NCBI GenBank assembly: GCA_035084275.1
Contig: CM068762.1
Span: forward strand, 9,114,001-9,178,000
Source: Hydrolagus colliei
Taxonomy: Eukaryota
DNA: 64,000 nt
Direction: 5' to 3'
This document shows, piece after piece, positions 1 to 12,403 of this stretch. The notes below the pieces were generated by a model. The model did not search any database and had not been told where the DNA came from. It saw only the letters and a program-made list of their open reading frames with translations. The position numbers were made by a program, and so were the translations under genes. Position 1 is the first letter of the stretch, and the number at the start of each line of letters is the position of its first letter.

Positions 1-86
1 TATGATGTAGTAAGTCACTCAATTGCTTGGCTTCCCAGTTGAATAATAGAGCAGGTGTGTTGGAGTAAGCATGATATAAGCAGGAT

Positions 87-428
87 CTATAATAAATAAT
101 CCTTGCATTTGATATCGCGCATTTCACGTCTTCTCGACGTCTCCAGGCCCTTCACAGAATATACTGTGAAATGAATTGACTGCATATTTATGAGAGATGC
201 GTGGCAGCCAATTGCGCACAGCCATGTCCCAAACAGTGATTTCGAGGGATTATTATTCCCGGAAAAGCAATCTACCAATCTACTACTAACTGCTAGGGTT
301 CCTATTTACAGCTAGGTAAACAGAGACAAGTGGAGTAAGGAAAGTTGCCTAACATTTCACCTGGCCGGGAGTTGAACCCAGGTCTCTCGCTTGCGAAGCT
401 AGTGCTCTAACCACTGCGTTATGTGAAC
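87..428 (-). mobile_element. Young tRNA-derived SINE, long subtype (tRNA head + CORE-like + Deu-like 3' part + L2-type tail), near full length
   Basis: The minus strand reads a tRNA-like head (CGCAGTGGTTAGAGC...GGTTCAACTCCC), then TTAGGCAACTTTCCTTACTCCACTTGTCTCTGTTTACCTAGCTGTAAATAGG, then the 3' part and ATCAAATGCAAGGATTATT tail shared with many copies in the window. Confidence 0.85.
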
Positions 429-761
429 CACATCAAGATGTGTACATGAATAAAATATGTACGAATAATAATTTGGAATGGGTACAGTTAAGGATGGGTT
501 TTGTATTGTGGAACGCACGCATGTTGTAGATACCTGCATTTGTGCTTCAAAAGGTAAACTTTTGTGATCCTGTACTAAAAATGAGCACTTGTTCAGTTTC
601 CATTAACCTTTCCAATGAGCTGCAGGCAATGAAAGGGCGGGTTTGGCTACAGCACCTGAATGTTGTGTATCCGTTGCAATGTACTCCGCACATAAGTGCC
701 AACTTGCTGTATTTTGATACCAAATGTGATTAAATAATTATGAGATTCTTCCTGTTGGCAG

Positions 762-868
762 AACTCCAAAACTGTCAAGGACAGCTTCCAGCAGTTTCGA
801 GGAAGTGAAGTGCGCAGAACTGAAGGCTTGACCCTGACAAGGGAGGACTGTGGAGGATAGTTAGTTCA
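762..868 (+). other. Possible exon of an unidentified transcript
   Basis: Acceptor-like ATTCTTCCTGTTGGCAG ends at 761 and is followed by a purine-rich non-repeat segment. One frame reads TPKLSRTASSSFEEVKCAELKA-stop (829-831), and a donor-like CA/GTGAGC lies at 869. No peptide was recognised. Confidence 0.2.
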
Positions 869-1379
869 GTGAGCTTCCATTGCACTTGAAACAATTTAAC
901 AAGCTGCCACGTGTTGAAATGCAACAAACAACCTCTCGGCTTCTTTTTTTAAAAAAAATAATTTTTTGCATTAATCCAATTGGTATGGTTAAACGGAAAA
1001 TAACCAGTTCGATTATATGCATGAACTGAAATAGCAAGTGCTCAATTTACGCCTCCAGCCTCCAAGGCTCTACAAAGGATTTTTTAAAGTTAAAAAGTTA
1101 TTAATATTTTAGCTGATCTTGCCCTCAGTGGTCATTTTCAATGCCTTCTGTTCGAGGAATTGGAGCAAATAATATATTCTTGAAGGTTTTTCAAAACAAA
1201 ATCCATGTTTATTTATTTTTGTAGTTGAATTTGTTTTTAATTATTTTTAAACGATCCTGTTCTGACACGGGCAAAAAGTCATTTTATTTTGTGTCTAATG
1301 TTAGGAAGGGTCTGGAATGCTTAAATAAGTCACAGTCCAAATGGGTCTTCACTCTCAGAGCCATGAGCCTGTTTTCAAT

Positions 1380-1615
1380 CACAAGAAATTTGTGATGAAG
1401 AAGGCCCTTTAACCCACTCTTGCCTGATCCGTCCACAACACCCATCGTACCATCTTCCCATTATAGAATAGAGCTTCTTTTTCAAGTGTTCCTGCCTCGA
1501 CCACCCTTCCTAATGACACATTCCAGTTGTTAATTCTTGGTGAAAAACAATGTTCCGATGTATGTGATGAAATTGCCCTTTGCAACTGTAAACCTATGTC
1601 ATCTTGTTCCTCTGA
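1380..1615 (-). mobile_element. CR1 LINE 3' fragment (ORF2 C-terminus and tail), degraded
   Basis: ORF 1409..1618 contains RINNWNVSLGRVVEAGTL, matching the CR1 RV..WN.LP..VVEA motif. It shares AATTGCCCTTTGCAACTG with the CR1 fragment at 43.15 kb. Confidence 0.7.
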
Positions 1616-2244
1616 CATAGTGCAGCATCCTAAAGTGTTGTTCTGTGTTTACTATTTTAATCCTATTCCAAATTTATTTACCACTATACGACGTCCTCTG
1701 AGACATCGTCCACAAAGACCCTCAGAAAGGGGCTTGTGGTGATTGTAGCCTCTGTTGGCAGCCGTCAATGGGTTTGTATCAAACCTTATCATTGCTGAGA
1801 CGCAAGTCTTTTGCAATTAAGATGTAGGGATGGATCTGTTTCACTTCCATAACATATTAAAAACTGTTTATGATTTTGGAATTTCACAGGGTTTTCCTGG
1901 GACTGTAGCCTCTAACATGTGCCAATTTCTAACAGTATTCCTTAATCAGTGAGAATTCAATTTGAGTAGACTGATGGCCAGCAGACAAGACAGTGAGAGA
2001 GAGAGATGTTAAGAGAGAGATTCATGCTGATAACATAGTTAAGGAGATCAGATGACATAGTAAACGCAACTAAGCAAATTTGGGAGGCTGGGAAAGTTGT
2101 GCGAAGCCCATAATGATGTTAATTATTCCTGTATCACATTTGTACCTGATATATATGCATTTTTTAAATATATCTATAGACTTTAATCCTATTTTGTCCA
2201 TTGTTAAAGGTTCTTCTCTCTCTCTCTCTCAATCTGCTGGGGGT

Positions 2245-2545
2245 AACAATCCTCCTTACATTTGATATTGCACCTCATCGCATTGTTAAGTCATCTCAAG
2301 GGCTTCATAGGATTTATTGTAAATACATGAGTATTTTGTAGGCAAATGCAATAGCCAACTGCACAAAACAATATCCCACCATCAGTCATGAACTGAATGA
2401 TCAATTTTACTTGTTGACCAGGAGACCGAGAGAGATTCCCTTCTCTTTTCGTATAGTGCCATGGGATCTTTGGCGTTCAGGCAGATGAGATGGGACATCA
2501 GTTTTAGCATCTCATCTGAAGGAAGGAATGTCCCACAATGCCGGA
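2245..2545 (-). mobile_element. DeuSINE (SacSINE1-like) fragment
   Basis: The minus strand has the Deu-domain signature AAAGATCCCATGGCACTATACGAAAAGAGAAGGG...TCCTGGTCAAC plus the tail. Confidence 0.75.
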
Positions 2546-4059
2546 TGGATTTATTTGCAATGGGAATCATTGCAAACTATTAATGGAGACTAAAACCGAG
2601 ATTGAATCAGATCCGCACTCTTATGGAATGCGCTGGGAGTTTATATGAAGTACAGGCATTAAAATTTACGAAATGCATGCATTGTTCTTTTTACTGTTTT
2701 ACATTATACGGTGTTTGTTTTCTGTCATTACAGTTTTTTTTGGTCAGCCAGCCTTGGTGGGGTCTAACTCTTTACAATGCTTAGGATATCCAAACCATAA
2801 TAAAAATTCCACACTTCCCACCTACACGTGGAAGTTCTATCATTTTAAAGTGACACGAGTTAACCAACGAACGGATTTCTCACTACCTTTATTGTTGCCT
2901 AGGTAACAAAATGGTGGTTACTATTATGGTTTATTTTCTTCTCCCCACTCCCCCACACCCCCCCCCCTCCACCAAACTCCCCAAGGGTTGATGTGACCTC
3001 TCAGTTTATAGTTGATCTGAGCGCCAGTATGGGCAAGTCAACAAGCTGAACAACCACAAGTATACCTTTCAGGCACATTATTGAAGCGCTCTGGGAACGC
3101 TATCCTGCGTGAAGGGCGCTATACCAAGGCAAGTTGTTGCTGTTATTGCTTTTGACTAAGCGGCTTCATACGGGAGCTGAGTAGATCAGTATCAATGAGT
3201 TAATTCACTTGTGATTCACCTTCACGTGGCATTCAAAGACTTGTTAACAATTGGAACATAGTGTGGAGTAATTAGGATAGCAGTGCCCATGAACACTCCA
3301 CGTTATGGCAGCCAAACGCGTGCCTCTGCATCTCCTCCCAGTGCAAATCTGCCCTGCAGGATTTATTGCGACTGTGGGCAAGGAGAACATGTGTCTCTGC
3401 GGTTTGCGTAAGCCCACTTGTGGTGCGACTGCAGTGAATTTTGCCTCTTGTTAAAGCTATCTAAGGAGTTGGTACAGTTGGTGGAAATATTTCAAGCACA
3501 GTGCAGTGTAAACTCCACTGGCAAGTTCACAATGGCAAAAACTTATTTCCATCACCTTCCCAATTCTGTTCTTTCATATGATTAAATTGAACGGAATCAA
3601 TATGTTATTGTGTATGTGCCTCCGTATCCAATCCCACGAAGCTCTTTGAAATGTTGCGACGGCGTGATAAGGCGCTCCATCAAACGAAAGATTATTATTG
3701 TCATATCCATTTGGTATCAGTCCGTGGAACAAAGCCTGTGTGAGAAAGCAGCATGCACTTGACCAAGAAATGGGATCCCGTTGATCGAGAGCTGACAGCT
3801 TTAAAGGGAAATATAATGGAGAGAATAGTGTAATAGAATCTCCATTGCTATTACTGAACAGGATTTATGTGATGTGAAAAGCACTCTCCTGACCCTTTAA
3901 AAAGCCCTGAAGGCAAGTGTGAAATTTTCTAAAGGACCTGAATAATGTCTCAATTGGGTGCTAAAGTGTATGTAAACTCAGCGGCTTTACACCAGAATGC
4001 TGATATAGTAATTACACTTTCTATTGAATCCATGCCCTTTCATAACCTGCGTAACTCCT

Positions 4060-4560
4060 TCAATTCTCCATCCACACCTCTGCTGCTTGTATCCTCTGCC
4101 ACGCCAACCCATACCAACCCGTCAACCCCCATCATTGCTCTTTACTCCACTGGCTCCTCCATCTCCCAGCTGCTCGAGCTCAGGTTCCTCATCCTCCCCT
4201 TCAAATCTCTCCACAGCACCCTTATTGCACTGCCAAGATGTCTCAAAGCGCTTGACAGGATTTTACCATAAGGATCACGGCTGTCTTTTTAGATAAACAT
4301 AGCACCAATTTGCACAATGCACAATCAGCCATGGAGAAATTGATCAATTTTATCTGGGGGATTGTTGGCCAGAACACTGAGAGAAACTCTCTTCTCTTTT
4401 CCGAGCCATTGGGTCTTTAATGTCCACCTGAATACATCGACGGTTTTCCCCGCCATTGCAGTGCTCACCCAGCACTAATCTGGAAACGTAGACTCTGTTC
4501 CAAAGCGGGGCTTGACCCCACAACTTTCAGATTCAGTGGACTGCTTCCTGACGCAGGTTA
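4060..4560. mobile_element. Old L2 ORF2 fragment (+, ~4060-4230) abutting a DeuSINE (-, ~4230-4560)
   Basis: CTCCACTGGCTCC...ATCCTCCCCTTCAAATCTCTCCAC is the L2 LHWL...FK motif. It is followed by an antisense Deu domain and tRNA head. Confidence 0.6.
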
Positions 4561-6249
4561 AATAGTGCAGATGAGATTGAATCGTAAGCGACAGAACGAC
4601 GGCACAAATCACTCCTTAGTTCGGCAGCACAATAAGGGCAGATGTGTGCTCAGATTTATTTTCATAACTCGCTTTTCTAAAGTAGACATTGCGGGGAGCA
4701 GAGAGTGTAACTGCAAAGATTTTTATAACTTAATAATTAGGTTTCAAACAGTGATTAACAGCTAACTCGTGAGCTTTCATCTTGCAAATAGAACTAGAAA
4801 TAAACAGGCCAAGCATTGTAAAAGTTAAATGGAGCAAATCAGGAAATCATACTCAGGGTTACACTTAAGGTTGTAGATTGGTTACAATAGAAAATAACTT
4901 GTTAACTGCTCCGTAATAGAAGCTGAATGCTTTTTAATTGAATACTTGAGTGAAGCAAACTCTCTGCCCTGTGAGAATATCTGTTTGCAATAAATCATAG
5001 ACTATTTTTGATTGCCATATGTTGACGTTCCGGTCAAAATAAGAGTCTAATCTAGAATCTATAGGAGGACCATTTGCATCAGCTCATTTAATAGATGAGA
5101 TGTGACTTGCCGTGCTTCTCGAAAACTATAATTTATCATTTGCAATCTCTTGTTATTTCATCATTAATCTTGTATGTTGGCTGCCATTGTCAAAACTGTA
5201 ACAGTCCTTACATTTAACCACCCAGTTAATCTCGCTCAAATTACATCTGTTGTGGGTATTTGCCATTGGATTTGGCGTTTGAAAAAGTCATACACTGCAG
5301 AGCAAACGTTAATCATTTGTTGTGCTCAGGAGAGATGACAGGGACAAAAATCAACTTTAATATGAATAATCCTTGCATTTGATATGGAGCCTTATCACGC
5401 CATCGAATCGTTTCAAACCTCAAACTGAACTTAAAGTGAGTTAAATTAATTCACTTAACTTAAAGTGAATTGACTGGATATTTTGTGGGAGAATTTTTTT
5501 AAAAAAAGGAATTATTATAAGATTCGAGACAAGATTTTAACTAAGGTAGGCTCAACTTAAATCTTTGAATAGGATTTAGGTTTCCCCTGGGAATGATGGA
5601 GGATATGGAAAGCAGTACCAAATGCTCTTTCTTCCCTGGTCAAACCCATCTACTGGTGAGCTCAGTGGAGGGCCAATAACTGTATAATAATCTAATCACC
5701 GTGGCTTTTTATGGAGCGTTTAAAATTCACAAATTGGCTGCTGCCCTTGCCTAAAAATACACGGTCACTAAACTTAATAGCTAAGGTGTCATGTTAAGAT
5801 GTTAAATTACCATCTTCGGTTGATTTGATGTTTCCAGGAAGAAATGCCTTTAGCTTGCTTTGACCGAAGGCATCCAAGATCAATTGTAGTGTTATTGGAC
5901 ACAGGTCAGATAAGCCATGATGATCAAGGATTGAACCTTCCTTGGAACTTCCTGGTTCAGTACCAATGGATGATGTTACCTCCTGAATGATAAGGAAAAC
6001 GTGATCAAGTTTCAACAAGAGCTATTAATAATATTTAGCAACAGCATGATTCACCGAAATAAAATAAACACATTAATTATAGCCAAGTGACCAAATTGAG
6101 CACCTCAAACCAGGTTGACCTGTCTGTCCTGGATTCCTCTACAGAGCAGGCAAACCAAACCATGCAATAATACCTCTCTGTTCCAACAAAAATACGAAAC
6201 TCATCTGCAACACTTGTTCACAAACAGAAAACAGAATTTAGTTATTGTT

Positions 6250-6520
6250 GAGGGAACGCTGTCCTCCAGATGAGATTTTAAATCAATATTCAGTGTCATT
6301 CAGATGTCCAGTGTCCTGGCCAACAAACCTATATGCTGTATATTGGATAGATTGGTCATTCAATTACTGATTATTTTGTGGAACATTGCTGTGTGCAAGT
6401 CATGTGGTACATTTGCCTACTAATAAAGTCACTCTACTTGATAGTAATTTACTGTGGAGTGCTTTGAGACGTTAAAATGTTGTGATATAAGTGCTAATAT
6501 CAAATGTAATTATTATTTAT
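6250..6520 (+). mobile_element. DeuSINE fragment
   Basis: GTTGAGGGAACGCTGTCCTCCAGATGAGA...GTGTCCTGGCCAAC...TGCTGTGTGCAAG, then the tail. Confidence 0.65.
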
Positions 6521-6634
6521 TCATTAAAAAAGTGTAATCATATATTATTATTTAAACAGTGGCTTTCTTTTTGCATCAATTAATTGGAAGAAAAGCTCAG
6601 GCAGCACCCCAAAAAAAGTTTAAGGCTAAATATT

Positions 6635-6912
6635 TCATTAGACCACTCGCCTCACAAACGAGAAACCTGGGTTTGATTCCAAATAGGGCGAAACCTTGGG
6701 CAAGTTTTCTGGCTCCACATGCCTGACAATAACCCCTCAAGAAGAAGGATAATAAATTGGTCACTTCAAACCGCGACTGTTTGTGGGACACTGTTGTATG
6801 CAATTGGCTGCCGCATTTCGCCTACAGATATACAGTCAATTCACTTGACAATATAATCTGTGAAGCACTTTGGGATGTCCAGAAGACATGAAATGCAAGG
6901 ATTATCAGTATT
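6635..6912 (+). mobile_element. Young tRNA SINE, short subtype
   Basis: CACTCGCCTCACAAACGAGAAACCTGGGTTTGATTCC...AACCTTGGGCAAGTTT...CTGTTTGTGGGACACTG...AAATGCAAGGATTAT. Confidence 0.85.
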
Positions 6913-7502
6913 CTGCTCCTGCAGGCATGGGGTGAGTCAAAAAGGAAATGTGTCCTAAATAAGTTACATTTGCATGTTGTCTCACCTGTAAGGTTAAAAA
7001 TGTTTGCCCCTCCCTCTAATCTAAATCATTACAGATGTCAGTTTCGTGGAAATAAAGGTGTGGGTTCAAGTTTGCACAAGGTAATGGGGACAGGCAATGT
7101 AGCATTCCTTCTCTGCACCTGTTACAGTTTTGTGGGAAAAGAACAAGAAGGATATAAGCCAGGTGGCTCGAAAGGACTTCACATCCTCCCACACCTTGAC
7201 AACATATGGCTTGTGTTGATCTCAAGTGTGTACAACCTCCCTCATTATTTGTTTAAGAGGAAGTTGGAGGCAGTCGCTTGCTAAGGGACCGTATCCAGAA
7301 TAAATTGGTTTAATTAAGATAAAAACAGTGGCTTGGCAAATAGTTTTGGCGTCTTTACTGCCGCCTGGAAAGATTTGTTGCCACGCCGTTCCATCCATTA
7401 GATTTAACCGTAGACATCCATGGAGTCGGAGGCCATTCGGATAATTTTGTGGTTGTTGCCGTTGTTTGTTTCTCCGAGAATCCTTTCACCCCAATTCCAC
7501 CT

Positions 7503-7755
7503 CCTGTCAGCCTGGCTCAGTCAATAGGATTCTTCCCTTCAGGACAAAATGTTTTGCCCCACATCAGGACTTTGAACTCACAGTCTTATCAGACCCTCCA
7601 GTGTAGAGGTGCAGGCGTATGTGCTGGATTCGTTGGAGGTGCCATCCTTCAGAATATTAAACCGAGGTCCTGGCTGCTTGTTCAGGCGGACTTCGTCAAT
7701 CCAATGGCACAATTCAAAAAAAGAGAAGAGTTTCTCTGGTGCCCTGGCAAATAGG
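7503..7755 (+). mobile_element. DeuSINE 5' part (tRNA head and Deu domain)
   Basis: GTCAGCCTGGCTCAGTC head; GTTGGAGGTGCCATCCTTCAG...TTAAACCGAGGTCC...AATGGCAC...GTGCCCTGGCAAAT. Confidence 0.75.
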
Positions 7756-7870
7756 TACAGGGTTACGGGGGAAAGGGCAGGTAAGTGAGACTGAAAGGGT
7801 CACTCTTCAGCAGAGCCATCAGAGCCACAATGGGCTAATTGGTCCATCTCTGTGCAGTAAATTTCTATGG
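7755..7870 (+). mobile_element. CR1 (HER1-like) 3' tail
   Basis: GGGTTACGGGGGAAAGGGCAGGTAAGTG...AATGGGCTAATTGGTCC...TCTGTGCAGTAAATTTCTATG resembles chondrichthyan CR1 3' ends. Confidence 0.65.
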
Positions 7871-9539
7871 GAGCTTGTGTGTTTGTGATGTTTATTCAAA
7901 GGGTAGAATTAACGTCACAACATGCTTATGACTTTGCTGTTCGTGCGTCACTGGACCAGATCCACCTGTTGGACAAATATTCAATGTTGCTGGTTGCTGA
8001 CGTATATTCTCTATTTACCTTTCAGGTGAGAGCTTCTTTAGTGATTGACCTTCAGATAGGAAGCAAACCATTTCCTGTGAGGCTTTAACATCTGTTCACC
8101 CGCTCTACCTTGCCATTCACCAACCAAACAGGTAACTAACACGCCAGGCGAAATCCCTCGAGAGCATTGGCAGCAGCTGCGATTTGAAAAGCAAGCAAAC
8201 TCCATTTCATTTGCTTTAAAGCAAATAAGTGAGGAAAGGGGGGTAGAATTCATTGTAAAGGATTATTTGAATAAGCCAACAGTGCGAAATAAAGACAGGG
8301 TGGGTCAAAGTTTGCTGTGTTAACATGAGTCACAGGACTTAGCCCTGACTGACACATACGCACATGAAAATTTGTAATTTGGAATTGTGCCAAGTCAATT
8401 CTTTACAACATTGCCATCAGAGTTCACTGTGTGTGTGAGGAGGAAGACTGTAATTGTTCCAAAGAAAGAATTGAAATATCTACTGAATAACTTTACTTGT
8501 GCTTTTAAATCATGCAAACTCTTGAGGCAGAACACTATAAATATACTGTGGTAACAAGGATCAAATCTTACTTTCTCTTGCACTTTTTGAATGGTACCTG
8601 ACTTGCATTTTAATTGTAACTAATGGCAACCTGGCCTTCCTTCGAAGGAGATTTGTTCTGAATGCCACTTATTTGGTTTCTATAGGCTTGGGAGACTGTT
8701 CAGGAGTACATGTTAAATAGGAAGATACTTTGTTTGCAAACGAACCAGGACGGAAACGTAAATGGAAAAAAAATGCTCTCAACCCAACCTACATGTTTTG
8801 TATACATATTTGTATTCATTTTGTTTTACTGAGCTTACGGTTTGCGCACAGAAAATGCAGCAATAGAAGGTTATGCAGTGTTGACCAAGACTGCAAGTTC
8901 AAAGGCCTGATGGTAGGGCTTCAACCCACAAGTTTCTAACTTGGAAGCGAGGGTGCTTCGGGACACTACCCTACATGAGGGGCACTATATATATGCAAGT
9001 AGTTATTATGGCTACTATCAACCAAGTCATGTTGACTCTGTCGGACAGCGGGGTTTACCTCTCTACAGTTTCCTTCCCACTGACAGCTTGTTTTAAGGAG
9101 TGAGAGAACCAGTAGTTTGTTCCAGGTCTGATTGTCTACAGTGTAGGATTGCATTACTTGGATTGAAAGAATTCTGTGCCATCAGAAGTCTCTTGCTTGA
9201 GGCAAGAAACTGACAAAATCCACTGCACCCAAAAGCCTATCTGCAGATATCACAGTAGGTTTCAAATCAGAAATGATAGATCGAGTTTGCCTCGTTTATG
9301 TTGAAATAGATCCTGTTTGGTCCTGAACACAACCTTAGCAGAAACTCAACAGTGTATCTGACATTTTTTAAACTGGAGGTTAGTTCGAAAGGGGTGGATT
9401 GTAACTTTTGATCAACTGAGCAGGGATGGCTGGAGTCTGTGGGAAGGTTCAGTTTTGCTTGAGATCATTGCGCTGAATCAATCCGAAAATATAGTCATCA
9501 AATCCTACTCTACTATTGCTACTTGTATAGCCATAATGA

Positions 9540-9830
9540 CAATGATAATCATATTTATATTGGTTATTGCATCTATAACATTGAAATACTTCAAAGTGAC
9601 TCACTGCTTCACGGTGTATTTATTGTAAATGTTTTCACACCAGCCAATTTCTCACATCCAACCACAAATTGATGATTGACCAGGGCACAGGGAGAAATTT
9701 CTCTTTCAAGAATGAGATCTTTACATTCTCCCTGACCAGATAAATGGGACCTCAGTTTAAAGTCTTATTGTAAGTATGGCAACTCTGACAATCCAAGTTT
9801 CGCACTCACTGCTTTGAATGTCTTGTTCTG
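9540..9830 (-). mobile_element. Degraded DeuSINE
   Basis: Antisense Deu motifs TTGACCAGGGCACAGGGAGAAA...GAGATCTTTACA...GGGACCTCAGTTTAA. Confidence 0.6.
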
Positions 9831-10277
9831 GGTTTACTTTTATAATCATATTTAATTTGTTCATTTTATGAGATTCTTTAACACTTTCTTTAACACTCGG
9901 GATCATTCTCATTGCTCTCCCTGTTGTCTCACTAACCTTGAACTGTACAACAACAACAAAATGACATTTGTATAACACCTTTCACATTAGAATGATATAT
10001 AGTGCCTCTTGAAACGTTTGAAACAATTAGATCAAGAATTTGCCTTCATTTGTGGTCGGAGATTAACGTCTTATTCAACACATCCCACATAATGAGTAAT
10101 ATTTCCGCCTACTTCACTCATTAAAGGATTGTTCTGAAGTACCTGCACAGGTGTGTGTTTGCACACGTATAATCATTTGTTGCTCTTGTCAAATTCTCCC
10201 TGCATTTTAATCTTTGCGGCAGCATCAGGTGGTGGGTGGAAAGGCCTTATGAAGCAATGGTTTGGGCATGCACCAAC

Positions 10278-10502
10278 TACATACCAGAACTAGGAGCAAC
10301 TGCCTTTGTGTAAATCAGAAAAATATTCTCAGCATATCTTAGCAAATGCCAATCAGAGCAACATTTCGTTCAGTACTCTAAAGCATGCGGTAGGATTTCT
10401 GTGTCATATTTGAAGTCCATTACCAGATTCACAAGGGCATACTGTACAAGAAAACTTTCTTCTGCATTTGTAGGAGGCAGTGATTCCTAGTTCTGGTATG
10501 TA
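10278..10502. mobile_element. Probable MITE / non-autonomous DNA transposon (~225 bp)
   Basis: 28-bp terminal inverted repeats at 10278-10305 and 10475-10502 match at 25/28 (TACATACCAGAACTAGGAnnnACTGCCT). Weaker inverted similarity continues inward, and both ends are TA. Confidence 0.65.
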
Positions 10503-11404
10503 AAGGATGCATGGCCTTTTCATGGCTTAACAATGGGTTGTCCACCCACCTTGTAATGACACTGAAAGGTGATATCTACCACATGTTTGCATAAGTCACT
10601 TGAGAACACAAACAGATTATCGAGTTCCCATGCTAAGTGTATCACTGATTTCTCACAATATCTTATTCGTTGCTCAAGGTATCTGGGACGGTATTGCTTG
10701 GCGCTAAAACCTGCTTCATTTAGAAAGCCACAGGCCTGAACATGCAATATATGCACTGTACTAATAATGATGATCTGCTTTGCAACTGAAATCGCTGCGT
10801 TCATCAAATCAAAATTGGGAACAATTCATGCAGCTAAATCATGAAGCTGGAGGCCGGCAAAGGTAGTCGACACTTTGCTTTCTGTCTTTGACTGGACTTT
10901 CGGCTTTGAAAAGTAGAAATCATAGGCCACAGCTTGATGAGACAGTGTTGAACAGTGAGTGTTGGTTCATTCTGGGTCTGGCCTTCTTGTTTATCCTTGT
11001 TTATCCTTGTTCAACCTTTTGAAGAATGACAAAAATGCAACCCAGATGGCAACTGGAGTTATTTACCGAGAACAGTAAACAGCCTTACCTTTTTGAAATG
11101 CCTCGCAAACACCAAGTTGTCAGATTCTTTGTTTGTGTTTACCGTAAGAACAGGTATTGGTGGAATTCATGACCAAACTCTGCTATCTGTATTCCTGCTT
11201 GATTATTGGATATAATAATAATAATAAAAATAATCCTTGCATTTGACATCAAGTCTTTGAGACATCTCAAAATATGTCTAAGTATGGGAATGTATGGCCA
11301 CTATCAATTATATACAATTGGCTCACGTTGATATTGATTGCACTTTGGTGTTTGGTTTTCAATTAGCGTGAGATTCTGATGATCAGAGCGGAGAATGAAA
11401 TTGT

Positions 11405-11845
11405 GATAACAATAACGATCCTTACATTTGATGTTGCACCATTCACGTCAGGAGGACGTCTCAGAGCGCTTTACGGGATTTGACTGTGGAGTGTAATGAC
11501 TGTGTATTTTGTCGACAAACACGACAGAGCATTTGCACACAGCAAAATCCTACAAACAGCCATGAAGCGAATGACCAATATTTTGAGGGGTGATTGTTTG
11601 CCAGGTCACAAGGAGAAATACCCTTCTCATGTTGAGTAGGATCTGTCAAGTCCATCCGAACAAATGCAGGCTGGTTCGCGGTTTAACATCTCATGCCAGA
11701 GTACAGCATCTCTGGCAACGCAGCACTCCCCCAGCGTGGCATTCGAGCGTGAGCCTTGATTATGTGAGTTCCAAACCCCGCCACGGGGCTTGAACCCGCA
11801 ACCTTCTGACTCTTGAGATAAGCATGCTACGAGCTGAGCCAGCCC
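11405..11845 (-). mobile_element. Full-length DeuSINE (SacSINE1-like)
   Basis: On the minus strand: box A TGGCTCAGCTCG, box B GGTTCAAGCCC, GAGATGTTAAACCGCG..., CTGTTTGTAGGATTTTGCTGTGTGCAAATG, and an L2-like tail. Confidence 0.85.
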
Positions 11846-12089
11846 GATTGTGTAAGTTTGTTTTCCGCCAGTTCTGCAGAGGGGTTCAAATACCAAAGAT
11901 GAGTTCAAAATTCAATTTAGCCTATGTGTTAATTCACAGCCCCACTTAATTATTTACAGAGCAAAGTTCTCTGCGTGACTCAAATTATTGCTGGTGATTT
12001 CCTGGAGCATGTGTCTGTTTTTTTTTTTTAAAAATTGTATTGGTGCCAAGCAGGAAGCGACAGACTCGAACCTATAGAGATTGATATCG

Positions 12090-12250
12090 AACAACAACAG
12101 CAGCTCTCAAAGCGCTTAACAGTGGCAGAGCCTGACGATGAGCCAATCGGCGGGAGGAAGTAAGCGTAAACACGGCCAAAGAGGAAGGTCTTCAGACATG
12201 GACTAAAAATGGGGAAGGTCAAGGCAAGGCAGAGGGATTGAGGGAGCAGA
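12090..12250 (-). mobile_element. L2 LINE 3' fragment
   Basis: ORF 12028..12384 includes PQSLCLALTFPIFSPCLKTFLF, the L2 ORF2 C-terminal LKTFLF motif. Confidence 0.7.
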
Positions 12251-12403
12251 TAATGATGATGCAGCTGGTACTTTAAGGGGTATTTACAACTATCTCGCTG
12301 TTCACAGTCCTTCTTTGAAAGATATCTGCAACATGTTTTTTCATTGTCTTTCAATAGGGTAGTATAATAATTAAGTTGCTGCATATAAAGAAAAACATTT
12401 CCA

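Noticed and set aside
5917-5986. ATGATGA...CTGA spacing resembling a C/D box snoRNA
   Set aside because: There is no terminal stem or recognisable guide, and the segment resembles the antisense head of an old SINE also seen at ~17130-17245 and ~52630-52715.
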